A stretch of DNA of 62,225 nucleotides from Bacteroides sp. (GCA_011056635.1 DSEO01000260.1:1-62225); one strand, 5' to 3'; counted from the first letter of the stretch, positions 48,094 through 58,151 are shown. The notes: a model not told the origin generated them from the letters alone. Numbers and translations are program-made.

Positions 48094-48981
48094 TCATTCC
48101 GCGGCACTGTTTCTGGCCGCAGGTCCGGGATCCTCAGCCGGCTCTTTTGAAGCAGACCCGGTATCAGCAGGCGGGGTCTTCTCTGGCTGTTTCCCCGGCT
48201 GCTTTTCCCCAGGCTGGTGCTGGATGTCCTGCTTTTGCTGCTGTTTCTCCGTTACGGCTGCTGGTTCCGCGGCGACCATCCGGGATCTCACATAGGCGTT
48301 GTAGAATGTTTTCTGGGTATCCCGGAACAACTGCATCATATGATCCAGTTTCTTCTCCAGCAGTCTGTTGTTGGTCCTGATGCGGCGGTCGAGGTCCTTG
48401 CGGCTCTTTTTCTTCTCCTCCCTGGCATGCATGAGCACCTCATCATCCCGGATAAACCGGCCAAGGGATTGCTGCAGCTGGTCGAAATGCTTTGCGGTCA
48501 GGCCGTATTCGGTAAGCGACCGGGCGGGAGTTTCCTTTCCTTTCTTTTTTGCTTTTTCTGCATCTGCATCCTGTTCCGTCAGAGCACGGGAGCGCTTCAG
48601 GACCCTGTAACAATATTTCGTCAGCGCGTTTCCCTTCAACTTTTCCAGGTCGCTGAATTTCATTTTTACCTGTCTTCCCAGTTTCCTGTCACCTGTATCA
48701 TAGGCATACACGCGCAGCACGCTGATCACCGGAAAAACCTGATCTATCAGCGCTTTCCTGGATTCAAGCCTGGCCTTTTTCAGGGGAGCCATGTCTTTCC
48801 GGATTACGGCAAGGTGGTCATCCATTTTCTTGATGTGCCTGACAAAAAGATCGAATTCTTTTTTCATTTCCGAAACAGATTGCCAGCGGGCGATGTTTTT
48901 TTCCATCACTTCCATGACGGCTTTCTGAGCGGCCACTTCTTTTTGTTGTTTTTCAGTCATTTCCCTAATATTATTAAACAT
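48094..48981 (-). CDS. Hypothetical coiled-coil protein with Gln/Lys/Pro-rich tail
   Basis: Highly charged helical sequence with a low-complexity C-terminus (EKQQQKQDIQHQPGEKQPGKQPEKTPPAD). TAATG start-stop overlap with the CHAD gene at 48979-48983. Confidence 0.55.
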   Translation of the reverse strand: MFNNIREMTEKQQKEVAAQKAVMEVMEKNIARWQSVSEMKKEFDLFVRHIKKMDDHLAVIRKDMAPLKKARLESRKALIDQVFPVISVLRVYAYDTGDRKLGRQVKMKFSDLEKLKGNALTKYCYRVLKRSRALTEQDADAEKAKKKGKETPARSLTEYGLTAKHFDQLQQSLGRFIRDDEVLMHAREEKKKSRKDLDRRIRTNNRLLEKKLDHMMQLFRDTQKTFYNAYVRSRMVAAEPAAVTEKQQQKQDIQHQPGEKQPGKQPEKTPPADTGSASKEPAEDPGPAARNSAAE

Positions 48982-49892
48982 TATACATGCAAACCATCAC
49001 CGGCATCCCAGTAAATCCCCATCCTTTTTATGAATGCATCCGGACTTTCGGCGTAAATCAGTGATGCATTTGACAGGATCTTTTCCAGCATATTCTCCCT
49101 GTGGGCGCGGATCTTCTCAAGCAACAATAATTTCACCCCATCCCCGATCGAATCTCCGGCTTCATCTGCCAGGTAGACTTCCAGCCGGTGATAATCCCGG
49201 GTTATACCCATCCGTTCGGCATGCTTCTCAATGGATTTGGCATAGGATTTCAGTACCCGGGGATAGAGGGGCTGAAGGATCTCCACCTGGTGAAGCAGGT
49301 ATTTGGTATTCTTCCTGTATTCGTGAAATTCCGCCATGTGGAAGTCCCTGCTCACCTTTGAAAGGTATCTGCGGCCCCTTCCGTAGATCCGCCTGATTCC
49401 CCTGCTGACAGATTCAAATCCATTTCTGAGCCGGCAGTATTGCGGCACCCTTCCCGATCCCCGGTCCAGTTCCTTGCGGATGTGATCAAATCCGCCTTTT
49501 TCGTTTGTGAAACGGGCAAGCTCCCGGTCCATCCTCCCTGTCAGACATTTCATTACAGTTTCCTGATCCGTTTGATGGATCATTGCAGGATACCGGTCAC
49601 AGAGCGATGCAAATACCTGGCCGAGAACATAACTGTCCCTCGCCCCGGAAAGACTCTTCCCGAGGTCCCGGTAAATGCGGTTTTCCCGGAAGTAGCTGCT
49701 GTACCCGATCTCATCCCTGATCATCTTCAGCACAGCCCGGATACCCTTCATGGTTTTGCGGGTCTCGTGAATCAGCGTATGCACATCTTCCTGGTTTCCG
49801 ATCAACTCCCGGACATGGTAGATCCGGCCGAGGATGATGTCCCTGACATAGGCTTCGAGGGCAGGATCCGTATCGATCCGGTTTTCTTTCAC
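48981..49892 (-). CDS. CHAD-domain protein
   Basis: Conserved basic/His helices typical of CHAD (VHTLIHETRKTMKGIRAVLKMIRD, FHEYRKNTKYLLHQVEIL). Confidence 0.7.
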   Translation of the reverse strand: MKENRIDTDPALEAYVRDIILGRIYHVRELIGNQEDVHTLIHETRKTMKGIRAVLKMIRDEIGYSSYFRENRIYRDLGKSLSGARDSYVLGQVFASLCDRYPAMIHQTDQETVMKCLTGRMDRELARFTNEKGGFDHIRKELDRGSGRVPQYCRLRNGFESVSRGIRRIYGRGRRYLSKVSRDFHMAEFHEYRKNTKYLLHQVEILQPLYPRVLKSYAKSIEKHAERMGITRDYHRLEVYLADEAGDSIGDGVKLLLLEKIRAHRENMLEKILSNASLIYAESPDAFIKRMGIYWDAGDGLHV

Positions 49893-50025
49893 ATCGGGAA
49901 ATATCTGAGTGGCATTCTTTCTCTAAGATAGTAAATTGTTGCGCATGATTACTTTGACTTCAACCTTTATTCATATAAATTTAATATTGCTTCTTGCTGT
50001 TGCATTTATCATCTTTGTACAGGCA

Positions 50026-50496
50026 ATGAAACCAGGACTTTTGACAAACCTCTTGCTGGTTCTGCTGATTTCCTGCGTCACACAGGACATTTGTGACGAA
50101 GACAATCAGTCTGAACTGGTGGTCAAATTCAAGACCGGCTCTCTGACCAATGCGGCAGATACCATCATCGCTGATGTGACTGTTTACGGGATCAGGGAAG
50201 GAAAAACCGACAGCCTGCTATATGATGCTGCATCCGTTTCGAGGATCCTTCTGCCCCTGGATCCTGGTCACGGAGCGTCCCATTTTGTATGCAGGATCAA
50301 TGACCAGTCAGATACCATAGGGATCGGTCATGACAATGAGGCTTACCTGATCTCCTATACATGCGGATTTGCAATGATGTTTCATATCCGTGAAATTCAC
50401 CATACCACCCATGTGATCAGTCACGCCGAGGTGATCGAATCACAGGTGGATGCTGAACTGCTTAAGGATGAAGAACATATCTGGATATTTTTCTGA
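50026..50496 (+). CDS. Hypothetical lipoprotein
   Basis: Signal peptide with lipobox MKPGLLTNLLLVLLISC. Start at ATG 50026; the track start at 49936 is TTG. Confidence 0.55.
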   Translation: MKPGLLTNLLLVLLISCVTQDICDEDNQSELVVKFKTGSLTNAADTIIADVTVYGIREGKTDSLLYDAASVSRILLPLDPGHGASHFVCRINDQSDTIGIGHDNEAYLISYTCGFAMMFHIREIHHTTHVISHAEVIESQVDAELLKDEEHIWIFF

Positions 50497-51130
50497 GCTG
50501 TTGCTGCTCCTTCTGCTGGCACAACCGGCCCGGGGACAGGATACACTGCGTACCTACGGACCCCGCATCGGGATCGACCTGGCACGATTCGGGTATTTGT
50601 TTACCGATCCCAGGCAGGTCGGAGCAGAATTTTCCCTGGACGCGGAGATCTATCCGGATATATACCCCGTGGTCGAAGCAGGGTACAACAGCATCTCAGG
50701 GGGCGGAGGATCCTTTGATTACGCTTCAAGTGGTATGTATGCCCGGCTGGGGGCAGATTACAACCTGCTGCCCGCAAAGGAAAAGTCGATCCATCACAGC
50801 ATAACTGCCGGGATCCGCTACGGGGTTTCCTTTTTCTCGCACAGGGCCGGGCGGATCGTCATTCAGAGTGATTACTGGGGCGATTACATGCTCGATTCCT
50901 ACAGCCGGAAACTCACAGGGCACTGGCTTGAACTGGCCGGAGGAGTGAAGACCGAACTGGCCGCCAATCTTTTCCTGGGCTGGAGTGTACGCTATAAGAT
51001 CCTGATAAACCCGGAAATGGATCCGCAGGTAACTCCCCGGCTTGTACCCGGTTACGGGCCGGGAACCGGACAACGGGGTTTCGGTTTCAGTTATCACCTC
51101 ATGTACAAGATACCCCTTCTGAAAAAATAG
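50468..51130 (+). CDS. Hypothetical outer-membrane beta-barrel protein
   Basis: Signal peptide (LLLLLLLAQPARGQ), alternating beta-strand pattern with aromatic girdle residues. Overlaps the upstream lipoprotein gene by 29 nt. Confidence 0.5.
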   Translation: MKNISGYFSELLLLLLLAQPARGQDTLRTYGPRIGIDLARFGYLFTDPRQVGAEFSLDAEIYPDIYPVVEAGYNSISGGGGSFDYASSGMYARLGADYNLLPAKEKSIHHSITAGIRYGVSFFSHRAGRIVIQSDYWGDYMLDSYSRKLTGHWLELAGGVKTELAANLFLGWSVRYKILINPEMDPQVTPRLVPGYGPGTGQRGFGFSYHLMYKIPLLKK

Positions 51131-51154
51131 CCAAGTATCACCAAACGAATCGAT

Positions 51155-52144
51155 ATGGAATACACACCATCAGAAAAGCGTTACAGCACAATGAAGTATA
51201 ACCGTTGTGGCCGCAGCGGACTGCTTCTGCCGGCGGTTTCACTGGGCCTGTGGCAGAACTTCGGGGGACGGGATCTGGATCAGCGCATGAAGGAGATCAT
51301 TTTCCGCGCCTTTGACTCGGGGATCACCCATTTTGACCTGGCCAACAATTACGGTCCGCCCCCGGGAAGCGCCGAAGAGAATTTCGGGAAGATCCTGCGG
51401 GCCAATCTGGGTGCCTACAGGGATGAGCTGATCATCTCAACCAAAGCGGGATACCTGATGTGGGACGGACCCTATGGGGAGTGGGGCAGTCGCAAATATC
51501 TGCTGGCCAGTCTCGACCAGAGCCTGAAAAGACTGGGACTGGAATACGTGGATATTTTTTATTCCCACAGGCCTGATCCCGAAACCCCCCTGGCCGAAAC
51601 CATGATGGCTCTTCACACCGCGGTCTGGCAGGGCAAGGCGATTTACGCAGGGATCTCCAACTATGATCCCGAGCAGACAGCAGAAGCCGTGGAGATCCTG
51701 GAACAACTGGGCACCCCCTGCCTGATCCATCAGCCCAGGTACAACCTGTTCGACCGCTGGGTGGAGGATGGATTGCTGGATGTACTGGAAAACAAGGGGA
51801 TCGGATGCATCCCGTTCAGTCCCCTGGCCCAGGGACTGCTTACAAACCGTTACCTGGACGGGATCCCGGATGATTCGCGGATTGCCCGAAAAAGTATTTC
51901 CCTGGATGAAGAAGACCTGGATCCAAAAACCATGGTGAAGGTAAAGGCCCTGAACGACCACGCACGGCAGCGGGGACAAACCCTGGCACAGATGGCCCTC
52001 TCGTGGTTGCTGAACAATCCCCGCGTAACCTCGGTACTGATCGGTGCGAGCTCGGTATTACAACTGGAAGAGAATGTAAAAGCCATGGATCACATCGGGT
52101 TCACCCGGGATGAACTGGCCTACATAGATAACATCCTTTCCTGA
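51155..52144 (+). CDS. Aldo/keto reductase (YghZ / L-glyceraldehyde-3-phosphate reductase-like)
   Basis: RYSTMKYNRCGRSGLLLPAVSLGLWQNFG and ITHFDLANNYGPPPGSAE are typical of the AKR14/Kv-beta-like group. Confidence 0.8.
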   Translation: MEYTPSEKRYSTMKYNRCGRSGLLLPAVSLGLWQNFGGRDLDQRMKEIIFRAFDSGITHFDLANNYGPPPGSAEENFGKILRANLGAYRDELIISTKAGYLMWDGPYGEWGSRKYLLASLDQSLKRLGLEYVDIFYSHRPDPETPLAETMMALHTAVWQGKAIYAGISNYDPEQTAEAVEILEQLGTPCLIHQPRYNLFDRWVEDGLLDVLENKGIGCIPFSPLAQGLLTNRYLDGIPDDSRIARKSISLDEEDLDPKTMVKVKALNDHARQRGQTLAQMALSWLLNNPRVTSVLIGASSVLQLEENVKAMDHIGFTRDELAYIDNILS

Positions 52145-52157
52145 GGGCCATGATTCT

Positions 52158-54467
52158 TTACTGCTCCTGCATGGGATTGGAAGGCATACGGTCCCTGTAA
52201 GAGCGTTTGTAAAGATCGAACCTGCGCTCCTCCATCCTGGGAGGCCAGTGGTTGTTCTCCGTATGGATATCCGCAGTTTCCAGGAAAGGATCCAGGGTAA
52301 CCGAAACGACCGGCCTGTCGAATATGAATGACCGGGAAATCTGGTGGTTGTTCCTGCTCCATATCTGGGCCGGGATCCGGATCAGCTCAGTTTCCCCTGC
52401 TTCAAACTCGAACCTGAGGATCAGGGGCATGACCATGCCTCCAAGGTTGGTGAAATCCAGCTGGTAATAGTATTTATCAGAAGCGATCCATGCTTTTTCC
52501 CGGCCGGTCAGTCCGTCCAGGTACCTCCGGTATGCCTCCCGGTCCGCCGCCGTGGGTTTGAATGCATCATAATTATCGTAAAAATCATGCAAAGACGGAT
52601 CCGCTTCGACCATGGATTCGGAAACCTCCCTGTTCCGGGTCACGGCGATCTCCTCCGGCTCCTCTTCCAGCTTCTTTTTCATGAAAGCCTTCTCCTTTGC
52701 CGGATCCCCTGTTGCGGCCCTGTAGAATTTCACCCTGTCCAGGGAGATATCCACCGGATCGGTCCCGTAGAACCACCCCCGCCAGAACCAGTCCAGGTCG
52801 ACTCCCGAGGCGTCCTCCAGGGTTCGGAACAGGTCCTCCGGGGTGGGATGCCTGAACATCCACCGCCGGGCATACTGTTGAAAAGCGAAATCGAACAGTT
52901 CCCTGCCCATGACCGTTTCCCTCAGGATGTTCAAACCCACGGCAGGCTTATCGTACGCATTGTTGCTGAACTGCATGGTGAGTTCACCGTTGATCATGAT
53001 GGGGGCAATGTTGGACTGGTCCCCCCGCATATAATCCACGATATCCCTGGGACGGCCTTCCGGAGCAGGCCAGTCATGATCCCATTCCCGCTGGGCGATC
53101 CCCTGGAGGAAGGTGTTCAGGCCTTCATCCATCCAGGTCCACTGCCGTTCATCGGAGTTCACGATCATGGGGAAAAAATTATGCCCCACCTCGTGGATGA
53201 TCACACCCAACATCCCGAACTTGGTCCTTTCCGAATAAGTCCCGTCCGGTTCAGGCCGGCCTCCGTTAAAACTGACCATCGGGTATTCCATCCCGATGTT
53301 GTTGGTGTGCACCGAATAGGCCACCGGGTAAGGAAAATCAAATGTATGGCGCGAATAAACCTTCAGGGTATGGGCCACCACCCTGGTGGAATATTTCTCC
53401 CAGAGGGGATTCCCCTCCCTGGGGTAGAGCGACTGGGCCAGAACGGTCCGGTCGCCGAAAGCAACTGCCATGGCATCCCAGATGAATTTACGGGAGCTGG
53501 CAAAAGCGAAATCCCGTACATTTTCAGCCCTGAATTTCCAGGTTCTGGCCTCCCCCGACCGCTTTTTTTCGGCAGCCCTGGCCTCCTCTTCTGTGACGAT
53601 GAATACCGGAGCATCAGAAGATCCGTGGGCATTCCTGAATCTTTCCAGCCGGGATGGGGAAAGCACCTCCTCCGGGTTCAGGAGGATACCGGTGGCTCCC
53701 ACCACGTGGTCGGCCGGCACGGTGATCTCCACCTCGTAATTCCCGAAGGGAAGGGCAAACTCCGTCCTGCCCAGGAACTGGTTGTTCTGCCATCCTTCCA
53801 CCTCGCTGTAGACGGCCATCCGGGGAAAGAACTGGGCGATGGTATAGATGTAGTTGCCGTCCGATTCAAAATATTCCATTCCCGAACGGCCCCCGCCGTC
53901 TTTCATCCGGTCATTGATGTTGTACCACCATCCGATATCCATCAGGTATTTTTCGCCGGGCTGCAGCGGGGATGGAAGGTCCACCCGCATCATGGTATAG
54001 TTGACGGTATGGGTCAACGGGTTCCCATCCGCATCGCGTACATATTCCAGATTGAATCCTCCCTCGAAATCACTCATGAACCTTCCGAGCGAACTGAACG
54101 GGATCCGTTCATCGATGGTCCCTGTGGAGATCAATTCCGAAAGGCTCTCCTTCTGGCGGATATTCTGGTCGAGCTGGATCCATAAATAATTCAGCACATC
54201 GGGAGAATGATTGATATACTCGATGGATTCCCGTCCCGTGATCTTCTGGTTTTCGTCGTCCAGGGTGACCCTGATCCGGTAATTGGCTTCCTGCTGCCAG
54301 TAAAGCTGACCCGGTGCACCTGAAGCGGTCCGGTAGGCATTGGGAGTGGAAAATTCCGTACGCATCTGCCTGAACTGGTTGCGGGAAGGATCGTTCTTTT
54401 CCTGTGCTGTCAGTCCCGGTACAAATAATACGCTCATTATGAACAATATAGTCCGCTTCATATGCAT
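52158..54467 (-). CDS. M1-family zinc metallopeptidase, secreted
   Basis: Zinc site HEVGHNFFP...WMDEGLNTF (HEXXH plus E); signal peptide (KRTILFIMSVLFVPGLTAQ). Confidence 0.8.
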   Translation of the reverse strand: MHMKRTILFIMSVLFVPGLTAQEKNDPSRNQFRQMRTEFSTPNAYRTASGAPGQLYWQQEANYRIRVTLDDENQKITGRESIEYINHSPDVLNYLWIQLDQNIRQKESLSELISTGTIDERIPFSSLGRFMSDFEGGFNLEYVRDADGNPLTHTVNYTMMRVDLPSPLQPGEKYLMDIGWWYNINDRMKDGGGRSGMEYFESDGNYIYTIAQFFPRMAVYSEVEGWQNNQFLGRTEFALPFGNYEVEITVPADHVVGATGILLNPEEVLSPSRLERFRNAHGSSDAPVFIVTEEEARAAEKKRSGEARTWKFRAENVRDFAFASSRKFIWDAMAVAFGDRTVLAQSLYPREGNPLWEKYSTRVVAHTLKVYSRHTFDFPYPVAYSVHTNNIGMEYPMVSFNGGRPEPDGTYSERTKFGMLGVIIHEVGHNFFPMIVNSDERQWTWMDEGLNTFLQGIAQREWDHDWPAPEGRPRDIVDYMRGDQSNIAPIMINGELTMQFSNNAYDKPAVGLNILRETVMGRELFDFAFQQYARRWMFRHPTPEDLFRTLEDASGVDLDWFWRGWFYGTDPVDISLDRVKFYRAATGDPAKEKAFMKKKLEEEPEEIAVTRNREVSESMVEADPSLHDFYDNYDAFKPTAADREAYRRYLDGLTGREKAWIASDKYYYQLDFTNLGGMVMPLILRFEFEAGETELIRIPAQIWSRNNHQISRSFIFDRPVVSVTLDPFLETADIHTENNHWPPRMEERRFDLYKRSYRDRMPSNPMQEQ

Positions 54468-54522
54468 GGAATGTGGGATAATCCGTTAAAGTTAATAAAA
54501 GATTTTTCATCTTTGTTACCCT

Positions 54523-55050
54523 ATGCAGAAGGGTCCGCAAGTGAAAAGATTGTTGATCGGGTCAATCGTGGCAGCCCTGTTGATACCAGCAGGATCCTGG
54601 GTGGCCCACGAATTCTATGTAAGCCTGACCGAGATCAGGTACAACGGGGATACAGAACGGCTCGAGATCTCCATGCGCATCTTCCCGGATGATCTGGATC
54701 GCGCATTGAAGATCCGGCACGGGATATCCACCCACCTGGCCACCCGGCTGGAACCGCCCGGCGCGGACAGCCTGCTGGCACAGTACCTGTACGACCATTT
54801 CAGCGTGGAGGTGAATGACAATGAAGTGGACCTGGTTTTCCTGGGAAAGGAACCCGAGTCGGACGCCATCTGGTGTTACCTGGAATCGGAACCGGTTCCC
54901 CTTCCGTCCGGGATCCGGGTGAAGAATTCCATACTGACAGGTGAATTCAGGGACCAGGTCAACATTGTACAGATATACGTGGGCGATTGGAACAGGGGCA
55001 TCCTGTTGTCTGCCGGCCGGGAATCGGATACCCTGAAGATCGTACGCTGA
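54523..55050 (+). CDS. Hypothetical secreted/membrane-anchored protein
   Basis: 175 aa with an N-terminal hydrophobic segment (LLIGSIVAALLIPAGS). No catalytic motif recognised. Confidence 0.45.
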   Translation: MQKGPQVKRLLIGSIVAALLIPAGSWVAHEFYVSLTEIRYNGDTERLEISMRIFPDDLDRALKIRHGISTHLATRLEPPGADSLLAQYLYDHFSVEVNDNEVDLVFLGKEPESDAIWCYLESEPVPLPSGIRVKNSILTGEFRDQVNIVQIYVGDWNRGILLSAGRESDTLKIVR

Positions 55051-56058
55051 TCAGCTCAGATCCAGGTGCAGCGTATCCAGCTCCTTTTCGATAAATCGAA
55101 GTTCCCCCTCCGACAACAGAAGCGATGCGGCCCCGGCATTCTCTTTTACCTGACGGCGGTCCCTTGCCCCGACAAGGACTGCATCAATCCCGGGCTGCTG
55201 CAGTGTCCAGCGGATCACAAGCTGGGAGAGTGTGGCATTTCTGGACTTTGCCAGCGGTTTGATCGCATCCAGGAACTGGTTGATCTTGATTAGGTTATTC
55301 ATCCTGAAATGGGGCGTTTCCGGTCGCGAGTCGCCCGGCCTGAAGGGATAATCGGGGGTTATTTTGCCGGTAAGAAGTCCGCGTTGCAGGGGACTGTAGG
55401 CAAGTATCCCGCATTGATTGGCGATACACCAGGGCACCAATTCATGCTCGATCTCCCTCCTGACCATGCTGTAGGGAACCTGGTTTGAAGCCAGTTCCAC
55501 CACCCGCGTGGCTCTTTCCAATTCCTCCACCGAATAATTGCTGACCCCGGCAGCCCTGATCTTGCCTTGTTCCAGGAGCAACCTGAAAGCCTCCATGGGT
55601 TCTTCGATGGGGGTGGTGGGATCGGGCCAGTGGATCTGGTACAGGTCGATGTAATCGGTACCCAGCCTTGTCAGACTCTCTTCACATTCCCGGATGATGC
55701 TCTCCTTTCCCGAGTATTTATAAATATCCCGCAGGTTTCCGTCCCTGTCCTCCAAGGAAAAATAATAAGCGCCCCTGGTTCCCTCCCAGCGCATTCCTGC
55801 CTTGGTGAAAATCTCATACCGGTCCCTTTTCCCCCTGACGGCCTCCCCCACGATCTTTTCCGAATGCCCGAACCCGTACACCGGCGCCGTATCAATGGAT
55901 GTAATGCCCAGATCCAGGCATGCATGGATGGCATTCATGGAATCCTTCCTGTCTGAACCACCCCACATCCATCCACCGATGGCCCAGGCGCCCAGTGCAA
56001 TGGGTGAGACTTCCAGTCCGGATTTGCCCAGTTTTCGCTTATCCATACCGTTTTTCAT
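55051..56058 (-). CDS. Aldo/keto reductase
   Basis: KLGKSGLEVSPIALGAW, IDTAPVYGFGHSE and GVSNYS motifs. Confidence 0.8.
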   Translation of the reverse strand: MKNGMDKRKLGKSGLEVSPIALGAWAIGGWMWGGSDRKDSMNAIHACLDLGITSIDTAPVYGFGHSEKIVGEAVRGKRDRYEIFTKAGMRWEGTRGAYYFSLEDRDGNLRDIYKYSGKESIIRECEESLTRLGTDYIDLYQIHWPDPTTPIEEPMEAFRLLLEQGKIRAAGVSNYSVEELERATRVVELASNQVPYSMVRREIEHELVPWCIANQCGILAYSPLQRGLLTGKITPDYPFRPGDSRPETPHFRMNNLIKINQFLDAIKPLAKSRNATLSQLVIRWTLQQPGIDAVLVGARDRRQVKENAGAASLLLSEGELRFIEKELDTLHLDLS

Positions 56059-56977
56059 TCTTTTTCAGGGTTTCGGCATATGCTGCGGGAAGGTAGTTTT
56101 CATAGCTCAGGCAGACTTCACGCGCGAATTCAACGGCCGTGGCAATGAGCACCTGCCAGGCTTGTTTTCCAAGCCCTTGCACCTGGTCAAGCCTGCACCC
56201 CATGCTGTGAAGGCCATACAGGATCCCAGCATTGAACGTATCTCCCGCCCCGATGGTGCTGACCGGTTCGATCCGGTTCACCTCCACATGCACATCCAGC
56301 TTTTCGCTCTTCAGATACACCCCGTGGGCATTGGCCGTGTAAAGCAGAACGGCACAATGGGGACGCACACATTCCCATGCATCATCCGGATTGTCCACCT
56401 GGAAGATGTTGCCCAGATCTTCATCACTTGCACGCACGATGGAGGCGAACTCCATGTTCTCCCGGATGACCGAAAGCAGTTTCTCCCGGTCCTGCAGGTG
56501 TGTGCTCCTGAAATTCGGATCATACAGCAGGATGGCGCCCGCCCGTCTGGCTTTCTCCAGCAATGCTTTGACCCGCGGCCTGATCCCCGGATTGAGTGCA
56601 TAGAAGGAACCGAAAAGCAGCAGGTCGTCCCGGTTGAGTTCAGGAAACTCAACAGCCAGGCGCTGATGGGGATAATCTTTGTAGAACTGGTATTCTGCGT
56701 CACTGTTTTCATTGAGAAATGCCAGCGCCACGGCTGACTGCCCGTTTTTATACCTGGACAGATAGGTGCTGTCTACCCCATTCTCCACGAGGAAGTCCTG
56801 GATGATGTCACCCACGCGGTCGTTTCCCATTTCACTGATGAAAGTGATCGGGGTCCCCAGGCGTCCCAGGGTAATGGCCGCATTGAAGGAGGAGCCTCCG
56901 GGTTTCGCCGTCTGAGGCTGGTTGTTCCGGAATATGATATCCAGTATCGTTTCTCCTATGGCATAGATCTTCTGCAT
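56039..56977 (-). CDS. PfkB-family carbohydrate kinase
   Basis: N-terminal GG motif (AKPGGSSFNAA) and C-terminal TIGAGDTFNAG ATP/anion-hole motif. Confidence 0.8.
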   Translation of the reverse strand: MQKIYAIGETILDIIFRNNQPQTAKPGGSSFNAAITLGRLGTPITFISEMGNDRVGDIIQDFLVENGVDSTYLSRYKNGQSAVALAFLNENSDAEYQFYKDYPHQRLAVEFPELNRDDLLLFGSFYALNPGIRPRVKALLEKARRAGAILLYDPNFRSTHLQDREKLLSVIRENMEFASIVRASDEDLGNIFQVDNPDDAWECVRPHCAVLLYTANAHGVYLKSEKLDVHVEVNRIEPVSTIGAGDTFNAGILYGLHSMGCRLDQVQGLGKQAWQVLIATAVEFAREVCLSYENYLPAAYAETLKKNEKRYG

Positions 56978-56986
56978 GTTCAGGTT

Positions 56987-57529
56987 CTATTTTACCAGCC
57001 GGGAAATGGTTTTGAATTCTTCCGTACCCGATACCCTGGCCAGCTCAAAAAGAATGGATTCCATGGAGGTGACAACGGCCCCTTCCGTCCGCATCCGTTC
57101 CAGGGCTAACTCCTTATCCCCCGCTTTCCTGGAAGAGATGCAATCGGCCACCACCACCGGGACATACCCGTATTCCAATAAATCGATAACAGTCTGCAAT
57201 ACACACACATGGGCCTCAATCCCGCAGATAATCACCTTCCTCCTGGCGGTCTGTTCAAGTGTCATGCGGAAGGCCGGCTCATCACAACAGGAGAATGCAC
57301 CCTTGATGATGGGGACCGGGATGCCCGGGGACTGACGAATTTCCTCCAGGGTCGGCCCGAGACCCTTCGGGTACTGCTCGGTAAGCAATACAGGCACTTC
57401 CAGCGCCGCCAGCCCCTTCAGCAGAACGAGCATGTTTTCCAGCAACAATGCATGCTGATCCATGTGGGGAAAGAGGCGCTCCTGGATGTCAATGACCAGG
57501 CCTGCGCTTTCTTCTTTCTCTATTCTCAT
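56987..57529 (-). CDS. Isochorismatase-family cysteine hydrolase
   Basis: GLVIDIQERLF (Asp) and catalytic Cys region ICGIEAHVCVLQTV. Start at ATG 57529, forming an ATGA overlap with the SIS gene stop. Confidence 0.7.
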   Translation of the reverse strand: MRIEKEESAGLVIDIQERLFPHMDQHALLLENMLVLLKGLAALEVPVLLTEQYPKGLGPTLEEIRQSPGIPVPIIKGAFSCCDEPAFRMTLEQTARRKVIICGIEAHVCVLQTVIDLLEYGYVPVVVADCISSRKAGDKELALERMRTEGAVVTSMESILFELARVSGTEEFKTISRLVK

Positions 57530-58137
57530 GATAATTTTTCTCTCGATTTCTGGCCGAGATACCCTCCGTGGTGCCTCCGGGCATAATCTTCCGCGGTAAA
57601 ACGGATCTTTTTCATCAGAAGCACCACAAGTACGTCTCCCATAACAGCCATGGCGGTGGCAGAGGTGGTGGGGGTCAATCCAAGCGGACAAACCTCCTCG
57701 GGGTGCCCTGTGAAAAGGACCACTTCGGACTTGCTAACCAGCACTCCTTCAGGGTTTCCGGTAATGAGGATCACCGGGATCCCCGGGTGGAGCGCATGGG
57801 TGAGCCCAACAAGCTCAATGATCTCACGTGTTTTACCCGAGTTGGATAGTAACAGCAATACATCATTCTCCCTGATCATACCCAGGTCTCCATGCTGGGC
57901 TTCACTGGGATGAATGAAAAGGGCCGGAGAACCCGTGGAACTGAACGTGGTGGCAAGCTGGTTGGCCACATGCCCCGCTTTCCCCATACCACTGGAAATG
58001 ATTTTTCCTCCCCCGAGATGGATCTTTTCATGCAGCAGCTGCACGGCGTGATCATATTCCCCGCTTACGGGTATATTACGGATGGCCTCGGCTTCCCGGG
58101 CAAGGATCTTCCTGATTTCTTCGACGGATCGGTGCAT
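57526..58137 (-). CDS. Single-SIS-domain sugar-phosphate isomerase (arabinose-5-phosphate isomerase-like, no CBS domains)
   Basis: SGMGKAGHVANQLATTFSSTGSPALFIHPSEAQHGDLGMI closely follows the KdsD/KpsF SIS signature. 203 aa with no CBS pair. Confidence 0.7.
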   Translation of the reverse strand: MHRSVEEIRKILAREAEAIRNIPVSGEYDHAVQLLHEKIHLGGGKIISSGMGKAGHVANQLATTFSSTGSPALFIHPSEAQHGDLGMIRENDVLLLLSNSGKTREIIELVGLTHALHPGIPVILITGNPEGVLVSKSEVVLFTGHPEEVCPLGLTPTTSATAMAVMGDVLVVLLMKKIRFTAEDYARRHHGGYLGQKSREKLS

Positions 58138-58151
58138 GGTGACTTCTTCGG

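Noticed and set aside
52344-54185. 613-aa plus-strand ORF, and similar long ORFs at 46090-47271, 41670-42680, 31697-32599, 32791-33705, 2609-3385, 8958-9524, 60962-61843 and 61844-62176
   Set aside because: All lie antisense to genes with strong family motifs (M1 peptidase, DPP-IV, NTPase/MDR, HlyD, ABC transporter, PKD protein, MmdA, GltB). Their Pro/Gly/Arg/His-rich composition is typical of shadow ORFs in GC-rich coding DNA.
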